Assembly (NCBI GenBank): GCA_963575745.1
Contig: CAUYUJ010000157.1
Coordinates: forward strand, 62,001-117,449
Length of the DNA stretch: 55,449 nucleotides
Source of the DNA: Prorocentrum cordatum
Taxonomy: Eukaryota
Reading direction: 5' to 3'
Position numbers and translations under genes: made by a program. Below the pieces are notes generated by a model. That model saw nothing but the letters and a program-made list of their open reading frames with translations, was not told where the DNA came from and searched no databases. Below are positions 25,707 to 37,655 of the stretch, in pieces (positions within the stretch are counted from its first letter, which is position 1; each line of letters opens with the position of its first letter).

Positions 25707-26589
25707 CTTCCCTCCCAGGCCATCAGGAGTGCGCGGGGTGAGGACAGCCAGGGAAGGAAGGGGGGGGGGTTCTCCGTGTCAAAAGTAGGAGGGGCAAGGA
25801 GGATGACGAAGAGGTAGGTGGAGGAGAAGGAGGAGGAGGAGGAGGAGGAGGAGGAGGAGGAGGAGGAGGGGGAGGAGGAGGAGGAGGAGGAGGAGGAGGA
25901 GGAGGTCCAAGATAGCCCCTAAGGGGCCTAAGGGCCTTTTTTTGGCCCGTCTGGGGGCCCTTTTCGGCAGTCCCGGGTCCCTCTTGGCCTGTCATGGGGG
26001 GCGGAGCCCGTCTTAGGGGCCCTCTTGGGGCCCTCTCCGACCATGATCCTCCCGTGGCCCCCTCGGGGCTCCCTGGGGACACCATTGGGCCGTCTTGGAG
26101 CTCGCCTGTGCTGCTTGAATCTCTCTTCAGGCCGTCTTGGGGCCGTCTTGGGGGCCTCTTGGGCCGTCTGGGACCGACAATGGGCCTTTGGGGCCGTCGT
26201 GGCCGCTGTTAGGATTGAGTGACAGAGCGAATATTCCGAACAATAAGCATTTCCATTGGACATGTTAATGTTTTTTGCCCTTGGGGGCCATCTCGGCGGC
26301 CTCTTGGACCGTCTTGAAGGCCTTTGTGGCCGTCTAAGAGCAGTCTTGGGCTGTCTTGGAGCGCTCGTGGGCCGTCTTGAAGCCATCGAGTGCGCTCTTC
26401 AGCCACAATCCAGGCAACCTGGGCGCTTTGGGAACCTCTTGGGCCAGCTTGGGGGCCTCTGGGGGGGTCCGGGGCCCCTTCTGGGCCCTCTTGTAGCCCT
26501 GAAGGCCTCCCCGGGCCCCCATGCAAACCAAAGGTCGTGGTTCCGGGCCTTCCCCCGGCCTACACCGCTCTCTCTTTTTGTTGTTTCTC

Positions 26590-26940
26590 TCTCTCTCTCT
26601 CTCTGTTTCTCTATACATATATACACATATGCATATGCATATCCATTCATATACACATACACATACACATACACATGCCCATGCACATACACACATTAAT
26701 GCATCTATATATACATATATAACTACAAACATACATACATGCACCCGTACATACATACATACATACATACATACATACATACATACATACTTACATACAT
26801 CCCAAGCTATCTACACACATGCATGTGCATGTACATGTGCATATACAATTACACATACATATACACATATATACACACGCATAACCATAACCATAATCAT
26901 GCACATACATATATACATATACATACACACATACACCTAT
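26590..26940. repeat. (CT)n and (ATAC)n/(AC,AT) microsatellite; second tract at ~27970-28285
   Basis: Directly visible. Confidence 0.95.
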
Positions 26941-28858
26941 TCTCTTTTTCTACGCAACGAATCGACTCCACCCCCTGGGATTTCCGGCAACCCTTTTCGT
27001 ATTGCAACGTACATATGATTCTGCCCCATCGTCCATGCTGAATCTTATCTCATATCATCCCAGCCTAACCGGTATCGGCCCCCCCACCATCCCGTGCAAA
27101 AAAAACTATGCGCGCGCACTCGTTTGACACAAATCAGCATGTTCCAAAGATCCTTGGCGAAAGAATCAAACGAAGTCCACACGCGCACGTCGTCGCGCGC
27201 ATACCGGAATCCTTCAAAAATCTGCGGCTTCGTGGGAATTTCAAAAATCGAGTGTTCCAAAACACCTATAAAAACACCGGATCTCGCAACACGGATGCCA
27301 ACAACCAAGAAAAGCTTGTGCGCGCGCGCTCTTGCGAACTCTTGAACAAAACCTGTGTTTTTTCATCTGTTCCATAAAGTGCTACCAAACAAGCTTCGCG
27401 CGCGCATGTCGAAATCGTTCGAACGCCTTTGCGCGCGTGCTGGGGTGGCACGATCCGCGTCAAATAATACCATGCGGGCCACTCTCGCGCGTCTGCCGCG
27501 CGCGCATGTCGAACTTCTTCCAAAACCTCCATCACCGACGCGATGACGCCGTCATCGTCGTCGGCGTTATCAGCATCGGCACCGTCACTGGCTGCCCCGT
27601 CGTCGTTGTCAACGTCGTCACCAGCATCGCTACTAGCATCATCGTGTCTACCGTTGTCGACGTTGCCATGATACCACGCCCGCCCAAGTCGCCGACTCGC
27701 ACTGAAGTGCCCGCTGGGATGTGCCGAGCGGTCAGCGCCAGCGCGTTCGCGTCGGTCGCGCCAAACTAGCTGGCTGCTGCGCGCGCGAGCATGCGCAGGT
27801 CAGTGCGGCCGCAGAAATGCACCAGCCAACACCCAGCACTCATCGCAATCGTTTCCGCATGGGTTTTGCAAACCAAATTGCGGGTGGGTGGGTCGGATGA
27901 TTGCGCGAGTAGTGGAGTCGACAATTTCAAGTTCGGCAAGGTGAACATACACCTATACACAGGCCGTACACATATAGCATTTCCTGTGTATATATATATG
28001 TATGTCTGTATATATATATATGCCCATCCCCATACATACATACAGACATACACACATACATACATACATACACGTAGACATATGCATAGGCACTCAAACA
28101 CCTATCTATAGGCAAATCATATACATGTACGCATACATACACACATATACACTTATATACACACATATGTGTATATGTGTGTAACTGTATATATACATAA
28201 ATGTATACATACATGTGTGTATGTGTATACGTACATAAATATATGTACGGGTGTGCATGTGTATATGTATATATTCATAGAGATATGAATGTTGGAGCCC
28301 ACCACACGAAGATGGCCCCCGAGACAGCGGCAGGCCCCGAGCGGTGCCTAAGATGTCCGCTGATGCCCTCGAGAAAACCCCAGGAGGCCATCAAGCGACG
28401 TCCAAGACGCCTCCAAGAGGCCTCTCAAGAGACCCCAAGAGACCCGGGCCGCTGAGAGGCCTGGGCCTCTAAGACACCTCTGGTCCACGACCCAGTCACG
28501 GTGGCGGGATGGGCCGAATGCTTCCAAGGAGGTCGGACAATCATCGTCATCATCATCACCATCATCACCACCACCACCATTATCAGCATCACCACATTCG
28601 ACTCCTTGAGAAAATCGTTTCCTGCGAGCGTTGGGCAGGTCTGCGTACACCTGTGGATGATTAGCTGGTGCGCTACAGTTTGGCACCATCAGCTTTGATT
28701 GCAGGTTCGCTGATCCAGGCAGCGATCGTATACAGTCAAAAGTACGTTTCACTTCCGAGTGGTATGTACGGTATGATCAAGAAATCATCATCATCACCAC
28801 CAGCATCATCATCATCACCACCACCACCAGCATCATCATCACCACCGGCATCATCAGG

Positions 28859-28889
<31 letters not shown>

Positions 28890-29041
28890 CCACCACCACC
28901 ACTATCATCACCACCACCACCATCATCATCGTCGTCGTCATCATCATCATCAGCATCAGCATCAGCATCATTATCATCATCAGCATCATCATCAGCATCA
29001 TCATCAGCATCAACATCATTATCATCATCAGCATCATCATT

Positions 29042-29096
<55 letters not shown>

Positions 29097-29986
29097 GCAT
29101 CAGCATCAGCGACAGCACCATCATCATCAGCGGCGGCGGCGGTGGCAGCAACATCAGCAGCAGCAACATCGACGCGCTGCAGTGTCCCGGGTCGGCGCGC
29201 CGAGATCACGGCGCGACTCACGCAGGGGCGGAGGCGGAGGAGGAGGAGGCAGGAGGCAGGAGACAGGAGGCAAGAGGAGGAGGCAAGAGGAGGAGGAGGC
29301 AAGAGGAGGAGGAGGAGGAGGAGGAGGAGGAGGAGGAGGAGGCGAGGAGGAGGAGGAGGCGGGAGGAGGGCAGGAGGAGGAGGCAGGAGGACGAGGCAGG
29401 AGGAGGCGGCAAGAGGAGGAGGAGGAGGCGGAGGGGAGGCAGGAAGAGCAGGCAGGAGGAGGAGGCGGAGGAGGCAGGAGGAGGGGCAGGAGGAGGAGGA
29501 GGCAGGAGGAGGAGGCAGGAGGAGGAGGAGGCAGGAGGAGGAGGCAGGAGGAGGCCGCCTCTTCCTCCCCCCCCCTTCCTCGTTCCGTACCCCCCGCCCC
29601 CCCTCTGTCACCAGCCGCGCCCTCGCAGGCCCTGGCCCTCGCCAGAGCTCGTGTGCCGCAGCTTTCTTCCGCGTCGCGCGGGCCCCCAGAAATCTGGACC
29701 TGCGCCCCAAGACCGGCTTGTGATCTGCGGCGGTTTTCCCGTCGTCGGGCAGTCCACGATCTCCAGTGAAGATGGACCTGTCCCCAAAGCCTGACTCTTC
29801 CACGGCGTCAAAGCTCCGGGGGGCTGCACAGACCCAGAACTCCGACGTCGTGGTTGTTTCGCAGCGGCCCCCCCCCCCCGAGGTCTGGACCTTTTCCCCC
29901 AGATCGGCTTCTCATCCTGAGCCGTTCTTTCACGGCCACGGGGCCTGCCAAAAACCTCCCACCGCGACTTTCTTAATCAGCGAAGC

Positions 29987-30180
29987 TCGGGGGCGGCCAA
30001 GAGGGGGGCGTCCAAGAGGGGGGGGCGCAAATCATGGCTGGCGGCACGTGCGCGGCCCAGGGGGGAGGCCAGGGACGTCATGAAATCAGAAGAGGCGCCA
30101 TGACATCGGAGGAAATATCACGGCCCACGCCATGATATCCTCCCCCCCCAGTCATCGCCCCCCCTCCTGGCCGTCCCTGA
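29987..30180. mobile_element. 194-bp MITE with 22-bp TIRs and 5-bp TSD GAAGC
   Basis: TCGGGGGCGGCCAAGAGGGGGG / CCCCCCTCCTGGCCGTCCCTGA (19/22); GAAGC at 29982-29986 and 30181-30185. Confidence 0.72.
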
Positions 30181-30388
30181 GAAGCTTTAGAGAAGGGAGG
30201 AGGACGCGGACACCACCAAGCAACCATCTCGATGAGGCCAGCGCGCAACCACAGAGGAGACGACGAGAGGAAGTGGGCTCCCTGCGTGGCCGCGGCGTGC
30301 CCTGACGGACGGGTTCTCTCTGCGACAGAGCCTCGGCGGCAGGCTTCTGCTCCTTCTCGGCCTCCACGCAGAGGCCGTCACTGGGCTT

Positions 30389-30710
30389 CGGATGTAACTC
30401 CAGGGAGATTAAATTCTGACTCTGCCCTGGTCCGAAATCCGGCCTAATCCAGCTTATCCCCGTTGAATACCTCTTAATCCCGCTTGATCCGCGCGGATGC
30501 AACTCCTGGGAGGCCAAATTCTGACTTCTTTGCCCTGGTCCGGAATCCGGCCTGACCTGGCTGAATCCCGTTGAATACCTTTTAATGCCGCTTGATCCGC
30601 GCGGATGCAACTCCTGGGAGGTCAAATTCTGACTCTGCCCTGGTCTGGAATCTGGCCCAACCTGGCTTCATCCCGTTGAATGCCGCTCAATCCCGCTTGA
30701 TCCGCGGCCC
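30389..30710. repeat. Tandem repeat, ~106-bp unit, 3 copies
   Basis: GGATGCAACTCCTGGGAGG...AAATTCTGACT...TCCCGTTGAATACC...CCGCTTGATCCGCG near 30390, 30496 and 30603. Confidence 0.85.
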
Positions 30711-31144
30711 AATCCGACCCAGCAGCCCCCCAAGTGGGCTTCATTCTCCCTAGTCCTTCCGACGAAGACCTCCCAGCATTTGGGTGACCCAAAGGGGGTC
30801 CAGCTGAAAGGGCATGGTGCCATAGATTTGGGGCAATTGTATTGCAAATGTTCTGCGCCGGAGAACGGTACTGCACTGTCTTGCAAGCAGTGTAAGGCAC
30901 GCGAAAGTACAGCAAAACATACGTCTGGGCCCCGAAAGGTGTAGCACGCCCCACATGTGTGTTGCTACCCCACAAATCGACTGCACCACCCCCTGGTCGC
31001 TGGACCCCCATGTTGGGTCAACCCGACAGCAGCTGCCTCCTGGCCCTGGCCCTCGCCCGCGCCCCCGTACAATTTTCTAAACAAAAAAAAACTTTAAACA
31101 AAATCTAAAACAAAAATGTACATGCAGGCGGCGGCGGGCCCGGC

Positions 31145-31221
31145 CTCCTTCCAGACTTTCGGGTTGTTGGCCTTCCTCGCCGCCTCGACCGCCTGGGTGT
31201 ACTCCCCGAGCTGCACGAGGC
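31145..31221 (-). CDS. CHC: Clathrin heavy chain exon (77 nt): GC + LVQLGEYTQAVEAARKANNPKVWKE
   Basis: Matches [25 protein letters not shown]. AG acceptor 31223-31222; GC donor 31144-31143. Confidence 0.93.
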
Positions 31222-31485
31222 CTCCGCCGACCGCCGCGGGGGGGGGGGGGCTGCTTGCAACGATGGGCCTGAAGTGATGGGCCTGGAGGGGGGAAGGAGG
31301 TGGAGGACGAGGAGGAGGAGGAGGACGAGGAGGAGGAGGAGGACGAGGAGGAAGAGGAGGAGGACTCCCTCCCCCTCCAGCTTGCGGTGGTGGTGGTGGT
31401 GGAAAACAAGCCCATCATGCAAGAAGCCCAGGGCTCCGACGTCGTGATCTCTTCAAGTCGAGGACCCTTAGAACGCGTGTTAGCG

Positions 31486-31645
31486 TTAAGTCGGGCCTGC
31501 CCTCCTACAGGATGATTTTGGACGAAAAATGAAACATAGTCAAAAAATGCCCCAAATGGTCAACAGAATGCTCCAAACATCGTCCCCGGACTATCTTGTG
31601 ACTATTTTTGAACATTCCCCCTGTAGAGGGACAGACCCGACTTAA
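31486..31645 (+). mobile_element. Solo 160-bp MITE (TIR TTAAGTCGGG...CCCGACTTAA) with perfect 8-bp TSD TGTTAGCG
   Basis: TGTTAGCG at 31478-31485 and 31646-31653; ~26-bp imperfect TIRs. 8-bp TSDs are typical of hAT-type transposases. Confidence 0.88.
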
Positions 31646-32406
31646 TGTTAGCGCCAACGTGTGCTGGTCCATCGAGGCCCTTCAACGCGACGCACGTGGC
31701 GTAACGATGGCCGACACAGGCCGAACGGGGTGAACACACGTTAGGCTACAACACACGCCCTGAGGATCGTCGATCAGAGCGTGGGCAGGATCAGTCAGCA
31801 TCGGATCCGGAAGTCGGATCGCATCGGCGTGTGCCCCGGGTCGGGCCGCAGCGGCACGGCGTCGACATCGAATCCCAGACATGCGACGCCCTGATCTTTG
31901 CGGAAGTCCCGACCCTTTCTCCGGGACCGTTTTTTTCGTCCCGCGTCGTTTTTTGGCGGTCCCGAGGCCCGGCGAGGGCCCCCCCTCGGGGCCGCAAATG
32001 GCCACATTGAACCTCCCGTCCTGATGTTCTCACGACGCGATCGTGTCTGGGATCGGATCGGCGGCGCCAGCATGCACGACAGCCTCCGAGGGCGGCCCAG
32101 GGGCAGGCGCCTGGAGGCTGCGGCGAGCGGGGGGCCACGCGCCGCCCGCACGGGCTTCGGAGGCGGGGCCATGCCACCTCTCGCCCTGGCACGAGTCACA
32201 GATCTTTGACCATTGATTACCTTGTAGAGCTCTTCGGCATCGATGAGCTAGAGGACTTCTGGCGCGGGTTGAAGCTAGTTGGTCGACCCGACGAGAAGAG
32301 ACAATGTGACAACTTTGGGTCGGTTTTCTGAAGATTTGAAAGATATTCGACCATTCATTTTGAGGAACTAGACTGGAGATGTTTGGTAGGCGTCGGCCTC
32401 CCAGGG

Positions 32407-32564
32407 TTGAGTCGCGCCTGTGCCTCTTCAGGGGGGATATTGTTCCAAAGCAGCCCAAAAATGGTCGGGGGACGATGTTCTGAACCACGTTTGATCATTC
32501 TCGAATAGTTTTGACATTTATTTTCGTCAAAAAATCCCCCTGTAGGGGGACAGGCCCGACTGAA
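32407..32564 (-). mobile_element. Solo copy of the same MITE in the opposite orientation, perfect 8-bp TSD TCCCAGGG
   Basis: TCCCAGGG at 32399-32406 and 32565-32572; the internal GGGGACGAT is the reverse complement of the family motif ATCGTCCCC. Confidence 0.85.
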
Positions 32565-32954
32565 TCCCAGGGGCCCTTTGCCTTGAAAAACCGACCCAGA
32601 ATGTGAAGCTAGCTCCAGGGAAGGGGTCCAGACCTCTGGGGCTCACGCTGTGAAAAAAAACGGCGTCGGAGCCCGGAGGAGCTCCGAAAAAAACATAACT
32701 CCGACGTCGCGTTTGTTTTCAAAGCGTGGGCCCCCAAAGGTCTGGACCCTTATCCCAGACTAGCTTTTTGAGATTCGGGGTCACGGGCCCGCCGGGGATG
32801 GTCAGGGCCCCCAAGAAGCTGACAGTGGCCAACATTCTCCCGCCGTGATCTTCCCTGAGATCCGACGTTGCAAACAAAAAATGCAACATCGCAGAAAAAT
32901 CACGCCCGGAGCCCAAAAACCCCAATCTTTCTGTGTCAGTTTTCTTTGGACGCC

Positions 32955-33145
32955 CGAGATGGGTACGGAAAGAATGGGCACAATGCCCACAACAAATTTT
33001 GTCCCAAACCAACAGCGGCCGCTGTTGGGCAGGCGGCCTTCTGTCTCGAATGAACACAGGCCACGGCGGCGTGGCAGGGAGTCCTGTTCAAAATGAACAA
33101 GATCCGCTCTTGGGCATTGTACCCATTCTTTCCGTGCCCATTTCG
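32955..33145. mobile_element. MITE-like element with ~35-bp TIRs
   Basis: CGAGATGGGTACGGAAAGAATGGGCACAATGCCCA / TGGGCATTGTACCCATTCTTTCCGTGCCCATTTCG (3 mismatches); no TSD seen. Confidence 0.65.
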
Positions 33146-33620
33146 TTCGTGCAGATTTTCGAGCTGGATCGATCTGTGAGGGTCCCCGGGCCGGAAAAGT
33201 GAGCGCGAGCGCCCGTGGTGGCAAAAAATGCAGCGCCAGGATCTCAGGGTCGTCACGACGAGGGGAGGTCTGGGGGAACGGCGGGGCCTTTCTCCCTTCC
33301 TCCCCCGGCCTCCTTCGGTGGGCGCGATCCCTCGGACAGAGGAGGAGGGAGAGGAGGAGGAGGAGGAGGAGGGGGAGGAGGAGGAGGAGGAGAAGGAGGA
33401 GGGAAGGAGGAGGAGGAGGAGGAGGAGGAGGAGGAGGAGGAGGGGGAGGAGGAGAGGAGGAGGAGGAGGAGGAGGAGGAGGAGGAGGGGGGAGGAGGAGG
33501 AGGGGGAGGGGGAGGAGGAGAGGAGGGAGGAGGAGGAGGAGGAGGCAGGAGGAGGAGGAGGAGAAGGAGGAGGAGGAGGAGGGCACGAAGCTCGGCGGGC
33601 AGTTCGATCTGCAGCCTCGC

Positions 33621-36600
33621 CTATGCTTGCATGCGATGCAGCGCGGCCAGTCTCACACCAGCCCGCTGGTCAGCTCCCGCGGCCAGGCCCACGTCCACGC
33701 GGTGCTTCTGGATGTGGTAGCACTGGCACCTGAGGCCGACGGCGTAGATGCACTCCGTGATGGGGCGCTTCGCGTGGTACTGCTCGTCGCCGAGGCCGAG
33801 GAGCTCGGGGCCGTTGCCCAGGGAGTCCGCACCCGCCTCGCCCGCGACCATCGCCCTGAGGATCGGGCAGGAGATGTAGTGCTCGAGAGCGTCCTCCTCT
33901 TCACAGCCGAAGAGGCAAGGGCGCGCGTCGATGACGGCGCTCATGCGACGCGAAGTCGTCCAGCCGTTGACTGCGGTGCGCATCCACGACCACATCCAGG
34001 CAGGGCGGACCTCCGTCAGCTTGCTACGCAGCGGAAGCCACCTCTCGCGCAGCACAGGCAACGGGCACTCGACGCCCCACCTGCGCAGCCGTCGGTGGAT
34101 GGTGGCCACCAGGTCCTCGGGGTACAGCGAGCCACGGAGCGACGCGGCGGCCATGGCCTGGCGCTTGGGTTTCCTGGGAGGAGTGGCCGCAGCCGCCGTC
34201 TTCGTCTCCAGGGTCATCGCCGACTTCGCAATCTTGAGGTACCTGCTCGGGATCGGGACCGCGATCACGTCGAGCGTCGGTCTGGGGATGTCCAGCTGGG
34301 CGTAGGTGTCCGAGATCATGGCGTAGTTATGCACGATCGCCCTCCGCGTCCGCCACCACGGTGGAGACCAGTTGCCCTTGATCACGTCAATCAGCGGGAC
34401 ATGCTCCACTGCAGCTTCATGCAGGTGGTGAAGGTGGGCTTCCCATCCGCGCACCGTGTTCTCCGCCGAGCGCATCATCGCCGCGAGCGTGTAGGGGAAG
34501 AGGCCAATCGGCGACGGGGAGCCACGCCACGCGCTCATCGATAGGATGTCAGCCTTGCGCATGGACGAGGGCGGCAGCCGCAGCAGGCGGTGCAGGGAGG
34601 TGAACTCGACCTTCCAGATGGCAGGCACGATGAAGTAGAACTGCGCGAGGTACGAGAGGCACGGCAGCGCGTTGATGTTGCACGCGCGGGCCGCAAGGCT
34701 GGTGGCCATGCCTGTGCGCGCCAGCTCCCAGCAGCGGGTCCACCATTTCCCCGCCGCAGCCTTCCAGATGCCGAAGTCCGCGACGCCTGGGCCCAGGTGA
34801 GTCCCCAGGTACTTGGCCGTGGAGTCGACGCGGAAGCCCAGCCAGCGGGGGACCTCCTCAGCGAGGAAAGACTTGACGTTCAGCAGTGTGTCCTCCGTGA
34901 GCTCCTCCCACAGCGGGACCAGCACGCACTTGTGCAGGGCCAGCTGCAGGTTGAAGGCGAACTCTATAGAGACGAAGGTGTGGTCTATGCTAGGGAGGGC
35001 GACAGCGTTCTTGATCAGCATCCCGAGATCGTCGGCGCAAGCCGTGAGAAATCCATGCTCAGCAATCGCAGCCAGCAGCGCACGGATGGGCGCATCCATG
35101 GCCAGGCGCCAGACCGTGCCAGAGAGCGGGCACCCTTGCATGATGCCGCACAGGAGCGCGAACAGCGGCTCGAGCTCCGCACTAGTGCCCTCGGCGCGGA
35201 AGGAGCTGAAGGCGAGGCAGTTGCTGTAGAGCGCCTCGATCACGTTGCGGAAGCCCAGCGGGACCCCGAAGCGCGGGAGGACCTTCTCGATAACTTCCCT
35301 GAAGAGCGAGGGGAAGGCCTGGCGGAAGTCGAACGACAGGAACATGGGGCGGCGGGTCGCAGCGCCAGGAAGGAGGCCCCCCCTACGGCATTCTGCGTCC
35401 AAGAGCGGGATGTGGTCGACGAAGCGCCGCCCAGCAGTGAAGCCCTTCTGCTCGGGTGAGGTAGATGATGTGGCGATGGGCTGGAGCCCTCGATCTGCGC
35501 AGGCCGCAATCAGCTTGGCGTCGCAGTTCTTCAGGGAAAGGGTGCGCACCGTGGAGGCCGTGCGCGTGCAGGAGTCGGGGACGTCGTCCTCCTCCGTGCC
35601 CTTCGGCACGCAGATGAAGATCGACCAGTTGAGGTCGAGCGGGGCTACGCCGTCGTTGAAGAGGGCTTCCATGAGCCCCTGGAGATGCTGCAAGGCTCCA
35701 GGGCTGCGGCGCCATGCTGCGTACGTGAGCTGATCTGGTCCCGCAGCGCTCGGCGGTGCCCTACTGGCCGCCCGTTCCAGGTCGTGAAGAGCAGGTTGAG
35801 GAAGTTCCACCACAGGGTTCCTTGGTGCGTGCTTGTCCAGGAAGGTGTCCAGTGCCTTGAGCTGTTCGGGATTCGGCACCTTCGCAAAGATCTCACCCCA
35901 GTAGTTCGCCACAGTCGCCTTCATGCCCGCTGGGTCAGAGACCACGTGCTGCGCCACCTGCGAGTCCTTGGCGGCGCACGGTGCGGAATCCACGCGCAAG
36001 CCCGAGAGGATCATGCGGCGCCGCCGCGGGACCCAGAGCTGCGCATGTCTGGCGGCCTTGCGTTCAACCCTCCGCCAGGCTGCGCTGTCGCGCACGTTGG
36101 CCGTCCGAGCTGCTGCCTCCGCCGCCTGCCTTCGCAGGGAGTGCACCCGCTCGGCGATAGCGTCGAAGTTGGTGGCAAAGCTGTGGGGGTCCACGAGGCG
36201 CACGGTGCCATCGGTAATGTGGAGGTGGGCGGCCAGCGCAGGGCAGGAGTCGAGAAGCCTACCTGCCAGGACAGCGTCCTGTCGCCAGACTGCTCGCGCC
36301 GCCGATTTGAAACCCATGCACGAGGTCTCGACCGTGGAGTCCTTGACGTGGAGGGAGAAGTTGGTCCTCAGCTGTTCATCACGTACACGTCGCGCAGCAA
36401 GCTTCATGCACTGCTTCGCTGCTCTCCAACGACCTTCCGCCGTTTCCCCCTCCAGGGCGCAGTGGTCCAGCATGAGCGTGTAGGTCTCGGGGTACTTCCT
36501 GTGGTTGAAGAGGTGCGTCGGGATTGGCTGCTCGTCTCGTGGGACATGGCGTGCGGCGGTGATCTGCAAGACGAGGGGCGCATGGTCACTGATGCCCGCC

Positions 36601-37655
36601 TCGGAGAGCTCCATCGCATCCCTCGCCGTGGTAAGGATCGTTGAGACCGAGAGCATGGCGTGCGCGTCGATGCCCAAGAAGATGCGGTCAATCGTGGACA
36701 GCTGCTTGCAGGACTTGTCGTAGTGGGTCGGCCATTGAGACTCAACCTCCATGGCTGCAGCGAATAGTCGGCGCCGCGCAGGTTGCCGAAGTTGGCAGCG
36801 GTGATCAGGTCGGAGGCGCCACGCCGTAGCGTCAGAGGGTGCTCGTTGACTGACTGGAGGGCGGGTAGCTATGTTGAAGTCACCGACCCCCAGAAAGATG
36901 CGGTGCAACGAGTCTCGGCGCGCCCACGCCAGGCCGCTGGACCAAGTGCGCTGTATAGCAGAGAACTCGTGCGGCTTGAGGTCGCAGTTGTGGATGTTGA
37001 AGATCTGCATGCTGTACTTGCCCGAGCTGTCGGTGATCGTGAGGAGCGCCGCGCGGCCGACCGCCACTATGTCGAAGCGGTAGGGCGGCAGAGCAGGTGT
37101 GGAATTTCGTGAACTTGACCGGGTGTAGTTCGGTAGTGACGTGGAAGTCGTGGGGGGACGTCGTGTACTTGACCAGGTGTCGGAGCGACTTGCTGTCGTC
37201 GGTGAAGAGGAGGTTCGTGTACTTGACCAGGTGTCTTGCGTCGGTAAGGATGCAGCAGGGGGCGAGGCACACTCAGGGGGTCCCACCCGCCGCGCCACGC
37301 CCCCGCATCCCAGAGATTCGGCTCTGGGTCCATCCGCCCTTGGACTTTCATCGACGTGTCGAGGGACAAGAAAGGCGACCCCGCCCACAGCAGCGGAGGG
37401 GCCAGGCGAGAGGAAGCTCAAGTACTTCTGCGGCTGCGACTGGAGGAAGATCCTGAGGGCGTCCTCGGAGCCGTGGACCTCCTGCACGGCGATGATGGCG
37501 TTGACCTTCATGTATGAGGCGAGCAGTGCCAACTTGCGTCTGCGCAGCCTCGCGTCCGAGTGGAGCAGGCCACGGGCATTCCACACGACCAGGTGCAGAC
37601 CGCGGAAGCCATGTCGATCGCCAGGGGGACGCCAAGGCGCCCACAGTGGGGTGCT
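33621..37655 (-). CDS. LINE ORF2: APE endonuclease, reverse transcriptase and C-terminal CCHC-like knuckle (~1340 aa, no stops); start codon undefined
   Basis: APE: VVWNARGLL, AVQEVHG, GVGDFN, WPTHY, TIDRIF, ISDHAPL. RT: SAAGPDQL, ICVPKG, RTLSLKNCDAKL, QKGF, SFDFRQAFPS, GIMQGCPLSG, ACADDLG, KYLGTHLG. C-terminus: CLFGCEEEDALEHYISC. The N-terminal ~380 aa of the track's 1726-aa ORF are repeat and ORF1 read-through. Confidence 0.93.
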   Translation of the reverse strand, partial: STPLWAPWRPPGDRHGFRGLHLVVWNARGLLHSDARLRRRKLALLASYMKVNAIIAVQEVHGSEDALRIFLQSQPQKYLSFLSPGPSAAVGGVAFLVPRHVDESPRADGPRAESLGCGGVARRVGPPECASPPAASLPTQDTWSSTRTSSSPTTASRSDTWSSTRRPPTTSTSLPNYTRSSSRNSTPALPPYRFDIVAVGRAALLTITDSSGKYSMQIFNIHNCDLKPHEFSAIQRTWSSGLAWARRDSLHRIFLGVGDFNIATRPPVSQRAPSDATAWRLRPDHRCQLRQPARRRLFAAAMEVESQWPTHYDKSCKQLSTIDRIFLGIDAHAMLSVSTILTTARDAMELSEAGISDHAPLVLQITAARHVPRDEQPIPTHLFNHRKYPETYTLMLDHCALEGETAEGRWRAAKQCMKLAARRVRDEQLRTNFSLHVKDSTVETSCMGFKSAARAVWRQDAVLAGRLLDSCPALAAHLHITDGTVRLVDPHSFATNFDAIAERVHSLRRQAAEAAARTANVRDSAAWRRVERKAARHAQLWVPRRRRMILSGLRVDSAPCAAKDSQVAQHVVSDPAGMKATVANYWGEIFAKVPNPEQLKALDTFLDKHAPRNPVVELPQPALHDLERAASRAPPSAAGPDQLTYAAWRRSPGALQHLQGLMEALFNDGVAPLDLNWSIFICVPKGTEEDDVPDSCTRTASTVRTLSLKNCDAKLIAACADRGLQPIATSSTSPEQKGFTAGRRFVDHIPLLDAECRRGGLLPGAATRRPMFLSFDFRQAFPSLFREVIEKVLPRFGVPLGFRNVIEALYSNCLAFSSFRAEGTSAELEPLFALLCGIMQGCPLSGTVWRLAMDAPIRALLAAIAEHGFLTACADDLGMLIKNAVALPSIDHTFVSIEFAFNLQLALHKCVLVPLWEELTEDTLLNVKSFLAEEVPRWLGFRVDSTAKYLGTHLGPGVADFGIWKAAAGKWWTRCWELARTGMATSLAARACNINALPCLSYLAQFYFIVPAIWKVEFTSLHRLLRLPPSSMRKADILSMSAWRGSPSPIGLFPYTLAAMMRSAENTVRGWEAHLHHLHEAAVEHVPLIDVIKGNWSPPWWRTRRAIVHNYAMISDTYAQLDIPRPTLDVIAVPIPSRYLKIAKSAMTLETKTAAAATPPRKPKRQAMAAASLRGSLYPEDLVATIHRRLRRWGVECPLPVLRERWLPLRSKLTEVRPAWMWSWMRTAVNGWTTSRRMSAVIDARPCLFGCEEEDALEHYISCPILRAMVAGEAGADSLGNGPELLGLGDEQYHAKRPITECIYAVGLRCQCYHIQKHRVDVGLAAGADQRAGVRLAALHRMQA

